Shown here one piece after another: positions 53,770 through 64,000 of a stretch of DNA of 64,000 nucleotides. The number at the start of each line of letters is the position of its first letter. Position 1 is the stretch's first letter. The stretch covers positions 225,671-289,670 of the forward strand of contig JBNGIO010006237.1 in NCBI GenBank assembly GCA_049999805.1, written 5' to 3'. Below the pieces are notes generated by a model, which was not told the origin of the DNA, did no database searches, and saw only the letters and a list, made by a program, of their open reading frames with translations. Source of the stretch: Folioceros fuciformis (taxonomy: Eukaryota). Both the position numbers and the translations under genes were made by a program.

Positions 53770-54255
53770 TTAGAACTTTCATTTTTTTTCCCATAAAGTC
53801 TTCACGTTCTCTTTAGTCGTTTTGTTGTTGTTTTTTTTTTTTTCCTCTAGTTCCTTGAGGAAGATGGATTTTTCTAGTGTATTTTTCAATAAAGTTTTAT
53901 TCTTCCTACTAATGAGGTAATATTCATTGCAATGCCTTTAAGTTCTCGAAGACTAATCCATTCGAAACATTGGGCACATAAAAAGGAAGAGGGCACCAAG
54001 TGGCGACGTGTGAGCGATGCCACGAGAGAAAAAGAACACCAGCATCCAAAGCAAACATAAGGATGTTGGCCGGGAGCCAAAGAAAAATGCGTGGTAACGA
54101 CGGGAGCAAAAGAACGAGCACAAGCACAAGCCGTGGACAGCGCAGATTGGTAACGTGCGAAATGGAGGACCACGAGAAGGTGAAGTGCAGAAGTGACCAA
54201 GGGCACTCCTGTCCCTGTTAGTGCAGTTCGCAAATACTCGGAAGGTCGGAGAGAA

Positions 54256-55029
54256 ATGGGGCCTGTTTGTCACCTTAGGCCCAGCTGCCGTCTGGGTCAC
54301 GCAGTGCGCACGCTTTGTGGTTCTGGATCGCCTCCTCCGCGCACTGTGCTGCTCTCCTGCCCTCCTCGCTCTGCAGTGTTGGGTTCCAGTTCCGCGCAAG
54401 TCTTCAAGTCCTCATCAGGGTCCGTGACCCTCAGCCTCCAGTTGTCCCCGTCCTCGCCCTCCTCCCGCCGCGCTTCCGTCCGCTGGTGCGCTGCCAGTAT
54501 GGGCGCCCAGGGCTCGTCCTCGGCCGCGCCCACGGAGACCAGCGTGCACGAGTTCGCGGTGAAGGACATCGATGGGAAGGAGGTGAGCCTGTCCCAGTAC
54601 CGCGGCAAGGTGCTCTTGGTGGTGAACGTGGCGTCGCAGTGCGGCTTGACCCAGTCCAACTACAAAGAGCTCACGGAGATCTACACCAAGTACAAGGACC
54701 TGGGGCTTGAGATTCTGGCCTTCCCCTCCAATCAGTTCGGGGGGCAGGAGCCAGGCAGCAACGCGGAAATCAAGGAGTTCGCGTGCAGCAGGTTCAAGGC
54801 GGAGTTCCCCATTTTCGACAAGGTGGATGTGAACGGGCCCGACACCGCGCCGCTCTACAAATTCCTCAAGGCCAGCAAGGGTTCCATTCTGGGCGAGGCC
54901 ATCAAGTGGAACTTCACCAAGTTCTTGGTGGACAGAGATGGGAAGGTGGTGAATCGGTATGCGCCTACCACGTCTCCTAAGAGCATCGAGAAGGATATCA
55001 AGAAGGAGCTCGGGGTGGTGGCTGCATGA
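54256..55029 (+). CDS. GPX: Phospholipid-hydroperoxide glutathione peroxidase-like protein (thioredoxin-dependent GPX), organelle-targeted, single exon
   Basis: Ser/Arg/Pro-rich transit peptide; [69 protein letters not shown]. Confidence 0.96.
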   Translation: MGPVCHLRPSCRLGHAVRTLCGSGSPPPRTVLLSCPPRSAVLGSSSAQVFKSSSGSVTLSLQLSPSSPSSRRASVRWCAASMGAQGSSSAAPTETSVHEFAVKDIDGKEVSLSQYRGKVLLVVNVASQCGLTQSNYKELTEIYTKYKDLGLEILAFPSNQFGGQEPGSNAEIKEFACSRFKAEFPIFDKVDVNGPDTAPLYKFLKASKGSILGEAIKWNFTKFLVDRDGKVVNRYAPTTSPKSIEKDIKKELGVVAA

Positions 55030-58000
55030 GGCGGGCCCGCGGGCTCCAGCTTCTGCTGGTGAGAGCACTGGATGTGTCTGTCATGTCGGGAAGTGTGCCC
55101 TAGCTACTTGTTGGTTGGTGTCTTTTGACAGCACCAGTTGGCGGGTTTGGTGATGGAAGTGTGGCAAGGGGCCGCGAAGATTGTGGCTGCTCTCGTGTTG
55201 CTACTGACTTGTAGGGGTTGATGTGCTTGTGGTCATCTCGCAGGTCCAGGAGGTTCTCGGGAACCGAGCGAAAATTTCCTAGATGACGTGTATGCGGTTG
55301 AAGCAGCATTCCTAGGCTCCCTGCCGTCCAAGATGTCGGGACACCTCCTCCTTGCGTATCGGTTCGTGTCAAGACAATTGTAGCAGTTTGTATACGCTAC
55401 TTCCCTTTTGTCTGTATATAATACAGAGGCAGCCGCAAGGGTTTGTCTGCATCCACGCCACTTTGGCTGCGTCCTTCTTGAGCTTCCCTTGCTGTGTTCT
55501 TTTGTGTCTCGTGCATCGACCTCGTGCAGTTTTGTATGAAATACTTTGTGGCACGGAAGATCTCGGGAGCCTTTTCCAGCGGTGTCAATTCAGGACAAAT
55601 TCTTGTGTCTAGTAGGCGGGTACGGATGCTGTGATGAAACTTCTGGCGAAAATATCCACTCCTGGGAGCTGCTTGTTGTTACGCAATGCTTGCACTCAGA
55701 GCAGACGACATCCTGAAAGGAATTCAAGACACAGATTGTATCATGTCCTTTGTTTCTCTAGTAGTGATTCCCAGCCAAGTGTACTTCCGGGCTCCTGCTT
55801 CATATTCGACTGCATTGTTTTTCCTGAGGTGCATGTGTCAGCTGTGCAAGTGTCCATGTAATTGACATTGGCGTGGAAGACGAGGTAACTGGTTGCGTCA
55901 TCTGAGAGGTCAGAGTAAGCCCTGCAGGAGAGCTGTAGGAAGTAGATGCAACGATAGCTAGGAGCTGAACTAGTAACCTGCGTCTTCTGGAGTGTGCTTG
56001 CATGAGGTGTGGGGCAGTGGATGAAACGATGAAACTTCGAAGCTGAACTCACCTCGGTTGATAGTTCCCTTGTACAGCCGTAGCGTCCAAAGCTGCGACC
56101 TTGCAGGTGTAGTGTGCAAGCAAAAACTTTGCAATACGCCTGTCAATAGAGGAGTCTGAGCTGCTGGGCATATGCTGTATGGATGTTGAGCTGCTACCTG
56201 GTTGCTCCCTTGATACAACAGCAGCCTGCATGTGAACGCGGCAGCATGAAGCTGTTTGGAACTGTGGGTATGTCTCCAACCGGCGAAGAGTCATTGTCTA
56301 TTGCTGCCGCTTGCGAGAGTGAATACCAGCCAGTCATTCAGCAGGGGAACCCAGGAGTTCGTTTCTGTGAGGATTGAGTCAGTCAGGTTCGTCTTTGGTG
56401 CATGTTCTGAACATGTACGTGGAGGTTCTCCCAATAATATACTCAAATGGAATCCGAGCCAGACGGAGCCTACAGTAGATGCCATGTCGTTCCTCTTTTC
56501 GATCGATCCTCTTTCTTGCCTCGGTGCCGGAACCATCGTAGTTCTTGTTTATCGTGACAAAACTTCGGAAATCGGATAAACATCTGTCAGGAGATGTTAC
56601 GAGGAGGAGGTAGAAACGTCCGGAAACACACGCTGGACGTGTAGATGGTTGACGCGTCAGACTGGAAAGCATCTGGACTCTCGCTGCACAGTTGTCGTGA
56701 CGCAGACATAGGAGGCATCTTGGAGACCCTGCGAGAAGGGCACCGGAAATTTGGGGCTTGAAATGTTGGCAAGTACCAAAAACTGCAGACACGCCGGAGA
56801 CAGTCCTCGCCGCGAGGTTTGCGCCACTCTCTCCTCATTGATCCATTATCCGATGTCATCTGGTCTACAAGTCTGCTGCCTCGGGCCAGAAAGTTAGGGG
56901 AGTAGCACCCGATATCGCTGCAGTGACATTGCAGTGCTCACGAAGGACTGGTAGTGCTTCCTGTTGGAGACTCCAACGATTTTCGCCAAACTTTTCCACA
57001 TCCGCTCAGTACAGTATCACGCAATGGGTTAAGATGACGGCAGCAGGAGGCGCGAGCGTTGGGGTGGAGGAGGAGCTGGTGGACTGGGACCGGCACATGG
57101 ACCACACGAATAACAATGCCCTGGCGGCTGCACGCCGTGCTCACGCCCAAGATTCCGTGACCAAGGCCGAAGAGGGAGGTCATGGCGACTGGAATCGCGC
57201 AAAGGTGCAGCAGCGGCAACCCTGCTGCAACCAGGGGACGTCGCCCGCGCTAGCATCGGACGAGCACCGCAAGTCCGCCTGCTCCCAAAGCGAACTCAAA
57301 CGTGGTGAGCCTGAGGGTTACGGCTGCACTTTTCTGAAGCCGCTGCCCTCTGCATTTCAGTTACTCTTCTGTGCCTGCCTGCGATTCTCATGCTTGCCAG
57401 TAAACTTGACAAAGGACTTGCTTCCAAGTATCAGATTGTGCGCAAGCTCTACCGCAAACCATTCCCGCACATCTGTTCGAGGTTGCCGACCTTCCATGGA
57501 TCCCGAATCAGTCTGAGGCGTCCAAACCGGCTGCGGTGGAAGGGGTTGCGGCGAGCGCAGACCCGCATCGGTGTACTGCGGCGCACCAGCATAGATGCCG
57601 GCTGCTTTCTCAGCACTATGGCTTTTGATCCCCCTGGAAAACATCGGCAGGCTAGTGCTGTGTTTGTGTTTTTGCACTGGCGGTATGCAGCAAGTACATT
57701 GTCAGCAAACTGACTTGCAACCTAGTACCACACCTCAGTCTGACCTGCTGCTTGAATGCAAGCGCGGATGCTCCCAGTCCAGCATAGGGCCATGGCTCCT
57801 GTTAGCTGCCACTTCCCCGCACAGTACGCACCTCCAGAGACAGCCACCGTGATACACGAACAAGACATGATACGCAATCACGGCCTGGTGTTACAGCTTT
57901 GCACCTTGCTTTGGCACACACACCGTTCGAGCACGCCTATGGTCAGCAGCGTGCAAGTGTGCAGACTGCGGAAGCAGGAGAGAAACCAATGGCTGACGGC

Positions 58001-58403
58001 CAGTTTTGATTTCGAGCACGCACCAGTTTCGGCCAGTTTTTCAGCTGGCACCTAGGATGAAGAATGCAGCTAGGGATGCTCCGTCGCCACCTGGCACCGA
58101 CGTGCCATCCTACCGTCTCCTCGAAATCCGGTGGTGGTATGGAAATAACTTGGTGTGAACTGTCAGCGCGCAAATCTGGAGCCAGATCCGAGTTCCGGGG
58201 CATCCGAGTGTCGCAGGGGATATTGGACCGCGGAACCAGAAATCACATGACTCATGAGTTGCGCGGGCGATTGGCCGAGTTTGCTGCTTGTCTCCGCACC
58301 TGGCCGGGGAGGAATAACATCAGTCCAGGCGAGTAACACATAACTATAGTCATGATGTAGAGCTTTCCCCTCCAATTCAGCATTAAAGGCTGTGGAGAGG
58401 AGC

Positions 58404-58871
58404 ATGCAGGGAAGAACCGCCGCCGCCTGGAGTGATCCCGGCAAAGGTTGGAGTTGCACGCCTTCCTATTGCCATCCTGCGCGTCCAGAGAGCGAACTCC
58501 GGGCCCGGGACGATTTCGAACAAGGGGCTACAGGCATGACGGACGAGCAGGTGGAGGTGCTGCGTCGCCAGATTGCAGTCTACACCATCCTTTCCCGCGA
58601 CCTGGCTATGGAGTTGTTGCACTTCAAAGGAGCGCGTGAGTGCGGAGTCGGGAACATTGGAACTGCTGAAGAATGGGGATGCCATCGCAGCCGCGAGCAG
58701 TTAAATCGACTCCTTGACGGAGACGACAGGCTCAATTGCTGTGGTAAGAGGAAGGCTCCTCCGTGGAGATCATCGCAAACGCTGCCCGCCAACAGCAAGG
58801 CTAACCGATCGTGCTGGCCCGGTCTTACAACTGCTAGCACAGAAATTCAAGGGGTGACGAGTGATTTGTAA
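58404..58871 (+). CDS. Short ORF carrying the WOX13-clade N-terminal motif without an intact homeodomain (truncated gene or pseudogene)
   Basis: MTDEQVEVLRRQIAVYTILS matches the WOX13 motif as I recall it (MTDEQxExLRxQIAxYxTIC); no WFQN in frame. Confidence 0.5.
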   Translation: MQGRTAAAWSDPGKGWSCTPSYCHPARPESELRARDDFEQGATGMTDEQVEVLRRQIAVYTILSRDLAMELLHFKGARECGVGNIGTAEEWGCHRSREQLNRLLDGDDRLNCCGKRKAPPWRSSQTLPANSKANRSCWPGLTTASTEIQGVTSDL

Positions 58872-59281
58872 CCTTCGCAGAAAACGCTTGCATGGCTAGA
58901 CAGGATACACACGGTGCTAGGCAGATGGAGTATTTACCAGCAAATGAGGGCAGAGACAGAGCTTGAGAGATTTCGTAGCTTGCAGATTACCGTCTCAGAT
59001 TGCTCTGATAGCTCGCTAGCGAGAATCAGTAAAGTTACACTGGTTTGCTCTTTGACTTCGGTTGCGCACCGGACAACCTCCGGAGGCCTATGTACAAATG
59101 CGGCTGAATGTGCGAGTCATGCTAAGCCTGTAGTAAAGTGACCACGGCAACCATGGAACAGCGCAGAAGCCACGAATAACCGGCGTTACCCTTTGCAGGG
59201 TCGCTTGCTGCTGTGGTTGCTACTATGGTTTCATTTCTGTTCCCTGTATGTACGAAAGAAAAGCCCTATCTACGCGTGTAT

Positions 59282-60805
59282 CTAATTACAGATTACAGGT
59301 TCCCTTCCTGGCTGAGCCTGGACAGGGAACGCAAGGAAGAAGAGGTTCGGCAATGTACCGTGGTAGCAAGGACCACATGAGTTGGATACCACGGCTGAGG
59401 GAGCACAGGCATACCTCTGCTGCCCCAGCATGAAGAAAGCGGCCATGCTTAGAAACACATCAGATTCCCCACGACCGCTGTAGTTTTCCTGTACTGCAGC
59501 CAATATTAGAGGGGGACAGTGAAAATGTGCCTTCCTGATCTCCACGTAGACGGGTACAGACATGGCTGCACCATCCACCTCTGCTCCATGAATCTCCTGG
59601 CTCCCTTGTGGTACGCCGGGCACCTCCTGCTTTGCAGAGACAGCCAGAAAGGCTTGCAGGGCACACTTGGACAGACCAACTGCCTTGACTATGAAAACAA
59701 ACATTTTCTTCGACAGACAGGCAGCTTTGATCATAACCCCCAAACCATCCACAGCTCCTCGCATGCCCACTAGCCCTTTTCCAACCATGCTCACTACCCC
59801 ACCCTTCACGCTAGTCACAACTTCCACGACTGTCAAGGCATTTTTCGAGAGCTTGTATGTCTTCCTTAGGGTGCTCCAGTTCAAGAGATCCGAGATGCCA
59901 ATCTCGCCTCCGCCCTTCCCTACGCTCATGCTCATCTTCAAAATTTTCAGAACGGCTGCTGGAGCTTTGAGTTTCTTTACCATGACGGTTAGCACCTGAA
60001 ATTGATCTACGACCCCATCTTTTACACTTGAGGCAGCAGTCGATTTGCCTCTCAACCTTGTGTTGACAGCTTTCACAGCGGTAGCCACACCCTTCGACAC
60101 CTTTACACTCTTAACAACAATTTCGGCAGCTTTTAGGCCTGCGACAATTCCATTGCCATTCCCCAGGCCCTGCAGGAAATCTTCGGCCGGCATTCGCAAG
60201 CCCTCCAACACTCCCGTGGCGACTTTCACACCCTTAACTACTCCATCAGCAGCGTTGATATGCTTGGCTATTACTTTCACAGAAGGCTTCCCTGATATGC
60301 AGCCCAGATATTCACCTGCAACCTCTGCAGCTCCTAGCCCTACTGCAACACCCCCGATGGCTTTGCCGATTCCATTGGACGCACTAGGGGAGCAGGTTCC
60401 TGCACCTGCATTCGCGCCTGTCGATGACGGATTGTTAGAGACAATGTCTCTCCCAGAATCCGTCCGCTGCAGTTGAGATCCTTCACCAGGCCCATGAGAA
60501 TCCCGAACAGCTCTCAACCTATGACGTCGTGCCCGGCCAATCACGTCACTTCTCGCTCGTCCAATTCGCGTTGAGCTGCCCCGGGAATTGACCGAGGTCC
60601 TCAGTCCACAAAACCCTCCTGTTAACCCTCGGACGCTCCTGGTCTTCACTGTAAAGCTCCCATTGTATGCCTCGAACGAATCATTCCAGGAAGTGGACGA
60701 GCCCTGCAACCCTTTCAGGACCAGGTACGACACTTTGAAGCCGCTGAGAAACTGGGCGATGGTGCAGCCTTCACAGAAAGGGCGAAAGCCAAACTCCGGC
60801 CCCAT
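59282..60805 (-). CDS. Hypothetical 507-aa single-exon protein rich in Val/Lys/Gly/Ala amphipathic segments
   Basis: Long uninterrupted ATG-started ORF; no family recognised. Confidence 0.7.
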   Translation of the reverse strand: MGPEFGFRPFCEGCTIAQFLSGFKVSYLVLKGLQGSSTSWNDSFEAYNGSFTVKTRSVRGLTGGFCGLRTSVNSRGSSTRIGRARSDVIGRARRHRLRAVRDSHGPGEGSQLQRTDSGRDIVSNNPSSTGANAGAGTCSPSASNGIGKAIGGVAVGLGAAEVAGEYLGCISGKPSVKVIAKHINAADGVVKGVKVATGVLEGLRMPAEDFLQGLGNGNGIVAGLKAAEIVVKSVKVSKGVATAVKAVNTRLRGKSTAASSVKDGVVDQFQVLTVMVKKLKAPAAVLKILKMSMSVGKGGGEIGISDLLNWSTLRKTYKLSKNALTVVEVVTSVKGGVVSMVGKGLVGMRGAVDGLGVMIKAACLSKKMFVFIVKAVGLSKCALQAFLAVSAKQEVPGVPQGSQEIHGAEVDGAAMSVPVYVEIRKAHFHCPPLILAAVQENYSGRGESDVFLSMAAFFMLGQQRYACAPSAVVSNSCGPCYHGTLPNLFFLAFPVQAQPGREPVICN

Positions 60806-61908
60806 TGTCCCCGCCTGAGCATCACTGCATCATTGCTGCTCCAAAGCTTTCTCAGCTCCTACTGGGCAAAAGCACCTTCCAACGACCAGGAGCTCAGCCA
60901 CTGGAAATGCCAGCACACAAAAACTGCTCCTCGTGACTGTCAGCGGAAACCCCAAAGCGGCTGGTAGACAACGTTGATACATAACGGTCGGTTAACAGCC
61001 TCCTTGCGCCCCTTCACCACCAGCCTTCCTAGCACGCTGGAGCCTGCGAACATTCGGAGGAAACCATGGGATCGGCATATGCAAGCCAGCAACGCATCGG
61101 CAACGGATCGCAACGAATATCTCATGCAGAATCTGGGGGTTTTAGGACACCGCAGGTCTGTAGGCCTCGTGGAGCTAACTACGTGGAGTTAAGTCTGGAG
61201 GTGAAAAGCCGCAGCTCACAGTAATCTTGCACTGTGTAAGCCTGGGCAAGAGGTTAAAACGCGTAGACGGTTTTTACCATTTCCTCTTCTTGCTTCCGCT
61301 TCTCTTCGTTCTGGCCAAGCCTGGCTTCCTCTGGATGGCAGGCAGGCTTGGCCATAATGGCGGGTAGCCTTCCTCTCGCCACTCTTGCCTTGAAGGTTGT
61401 TAGCTTCCAGGAAACAATCGCCTTGTGCGGGAATTCACATGGTTTGATGGTGGAATGTTTCATTCTCGTTAACGGTGGGGGGCTCTGGGTTTGCTTATGG
61501 TGATTGCTTTGGGTGTGCTTACTTTTGCTGTTGTGAGATGGCTGTTGCGTCACAAAGAATGCCAGTGGTACAGCGTTTCTCTGCGAAGACAAAAGGCAGT
61601 TGAGGTGGTTCATTCTTAGCGTTATTCTCATAAGGTCGACGACGCCCTTATAGTGGTTAGGTCGGTGTGCCAGCCATGACAGCACAGTGTGACACGAGGT
61701 CAAGGCGGGCAAAATGATCTGGTGACCGACTGGGTGGAAATTGGGCTGTGAGCCGGGTTGGAATATCCTATCCAGCGATCCGACAGTGTAACCCTCCTGA
61801 TATCCAGTCAGGTAACAATTTTGCCACGAGCGCTGTGTGGAGGATTCCAGGGGGTTGCATTTTTTCTTTTTTTTTTTGTCTTCTTGTGTTCACAGAAGTT
61901 CTGCAGTT

Positions 61909-64000
61909 ATGGATCCCAACGAAGAACGAGTGCTCAGAGGCATCACTCCAGCTGAGGCTCCAAGCGCAAGTGGTCTGCGCACTTCCACTTCTGAAGCAGC
62001 TACCAGCCAGGGCTTTGGCAGACCTCAATCTTCTCCTAGCGCTGCTGACAACCTCAATTTGCAGCGGTTCAAACATCTGAGAGGAGTAGGCAGCTCGCCA
62101 TCCAATAACTCCAGCGGCGTGCCTGGTCGTTCTGCTTTTTCAGGACTTGGAGGTGGAAGGACCTCCAGGGCCCTTCCAGTTGATAGCATGGTCTTCTTCA
62201 ACACGTCACCCGGTCGCGGGCAGGGGCAACCGACAACTGCTCCTGGGTACTCAAGATTAGCCGAGCAATCCTCTGCAGTATCTGCTGCCGATCATCTGGG
62301 TGGCATGCCCTCCCAAAATCCGACTGCCCCTAGGTTGCCACAGCCTCGGCGATCATCTTTGCCCAATCCGGTACTCAAACGGACCCTTCTGCAGCCTCAT
62401 GCTCCCGTGAGTCCTTCTGCTCATGCCTCAGCTACTCCGTGGCATGGACGAGGGGCAGAGAATGCAATTTTGAGCCCCAGAACGGGCGAACAAAACACCT
62501 ATTCAACACCCTACAAGGTGCGTTGGTCTCACCCTGCGACGCCGTTTTTCTGTTCTTGTCTCGCGTTCCTTGCTGATTCTGCGTCCTTTTGGTAAAGGCC
62601 TGTGGATGTGCGGATTCAATGCTTGCAAATCAAACTTGTGCAATTTCGAAACATACAAATGAGCCGTGGGCTTTTGAAACATGCTAGTTTCCTAGCAACA
62701 GTCGTCAAGACGGAACACAAACTCAGCATGATAGACATTTGCTGATCAGAAGCTTCGTTTTGAACAGCAGAATGTCCTAGTGGGACCAGCACAGATAGCC
62801 GATTCACTGAGAGCAGATATCGGACCTGGAGTTGGAACGGTGACTAGTTTAAACTCAGACGACGAAGGTCGTCCCTCAGTATTTCCTGCGAGACGGCATA
62901 CCTATCCCAATACACAACAATCATCTGAATCCATCATGCAAAAGCTGTCAATGACAAATCCTGTGGGTGGCGGCTTAGGAATCGGCTTGCAGCGATTAGG
63001 TCAGCCGATTCCCCAAGGCCCGCCTGGCATACACAGCCAACAAGAAAGGAACAATGCTGATGGAGTGAGTACTGAAAGGAGTGGAATGTCTAACATTGGG
63101 AGCTCCTCGGGCTCGCTTCCTGTGAGTGGCACCCTTGGCCAAGGTTAACAAACATCCATTTCACGCTTCTCTTAGTCGGCCGTTAAAAATGTGGTGCTCT
63201 GTGCTGTTTGCGCCGAATGGATAGGAGAAATATAACTTGCGCACACTTCTGTCGAATACGGGTCTGCGCTGTGGGCTTCGGGTACCATGTAAACGATTCC
63301 TTCGGGATGACGCTGGCCATTTGTATTGCAGTGCCTGCAGAGGATAGCTTGGAACAAGCCATTTTGGATCAGGATGTGGATAGAGTATCCTGGCTTTTGG
63401 AGGAAGGCCAGGACCCTAATAGAATTGGAAGTGCTACCAAGGTAAGCGTTCTTCCTCGATCAATGCCTGATAACGGATGGGAAGCTCATACGATGTCAAT
63501 CATAGCATGGGTGGAGAGTTTCAGGTTCGTCATCTTAAGCCTTTTTCATGAAACTTTTCTGCAGTGCCCCCTTTTGATTGCTGCCGTTGCTTCTGGCAAC
63601 GAGAGGATGGTGAAGACTTTGCTTGCTGCTGGTGCCAACACTGAAATCAAGGACAGCAAGCAATGCTCCGCACTGCATCATGCAACAGCTCGAGGTTTCA
63701 GGTCTTAAGGTCTTACCTCTTAATCTTGGTGAGGGTGGGTCTTACTTGGACTTAGTTGATGGACCTCTATAAAATATGTTGCTGTGAAGCCTTGGATTTT
63801 GTGTGATTAGCTTGTAAAGTGCGGTGTAGGAGCGTTATCATGGGACATGAGTGAGGGTTATGTATGTCACCTCTGTTGTGATCTAAAAGTCGCATTGTTG
63901 TGCATGCTAGGAACCTTGTGAAGGTTTTGCTTGTTGCGGGGGCTGATCTCTACGCAAAGACAGAGAGGGGTCACCTTCCTGTCCAACTTGCTACTGACAA
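61909..64000 (+). CDS. Ankyrin-repeat protein with long Ser/Pro/Gly-rich disordered N-terminus; 3' truncated by the window edge
   Basis: Exons ~61909-62517, 62781-63143, 63332-63441, 63565-63701, 63911 onward; ANK motifs LLEEGQDPN, PLLIAAVASGNERMVKTLLAAGANTEIKD, SALHHATARG, LLVAGADLYAKTERGHLP. Confidence 0.8.

Noticed and set aside
55600..58300. Several 60-200 aa ORFs on both strands, including 56923-57516
   Set aside because: No recognisable domain or consistent splice model; may be decayed genes or UTRs.

Overview
A compact, gene-dense plant nuclear region with short (~70-130 bp) GT-AG introns. The WW-type PPR genes and the gene density suggest a seed-free plant, probably a hornwort (inference). 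Genes in order: HEN1 (3' part), a small plastid-type protein resembling cyanobacterial PatD, thylakoid Cu-ATPase PAA2/HMA8, a PLS-PPR pseudogene, decayed NYN-like duplicated fragments, a type I MADS-box gene with a long Gln-rich tandem-repeat tail (100-N gap), an intact PLS-E+ PPR with a WW-type PG box, V-ATPase D, a membrane-anchored 2H-phosphoesterase-like protein, a CBS-pair protein, plastid 3-oxoacyl-ACP reductase, MED22, REC8/SYN1, intronless ATG9, GDP-mannose 4,6-dehydratase, a PAS-type hybrid histidine kinase, a CUE-domain protein, an AT-rich transposon graveyard (IS3EU/IS481-like DDE integrase relic, CRE-type RLE retrotransposon relic), intronless plastid GPX, a homeodomain-less WOX13-motif ORF, a 507-aa orphan ORF and the 5' part of an ankyrin gene. 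I found no multi-gene novel system. The best leads are the bacterial-looking histidine kinase, the WOX13 fragment, the unusual transposase relics, the truncated WW-type editing factor pair and the Q-rich MADS protein. All family calls come from motif recall, not database searches, and exon boundaries were read by eye.
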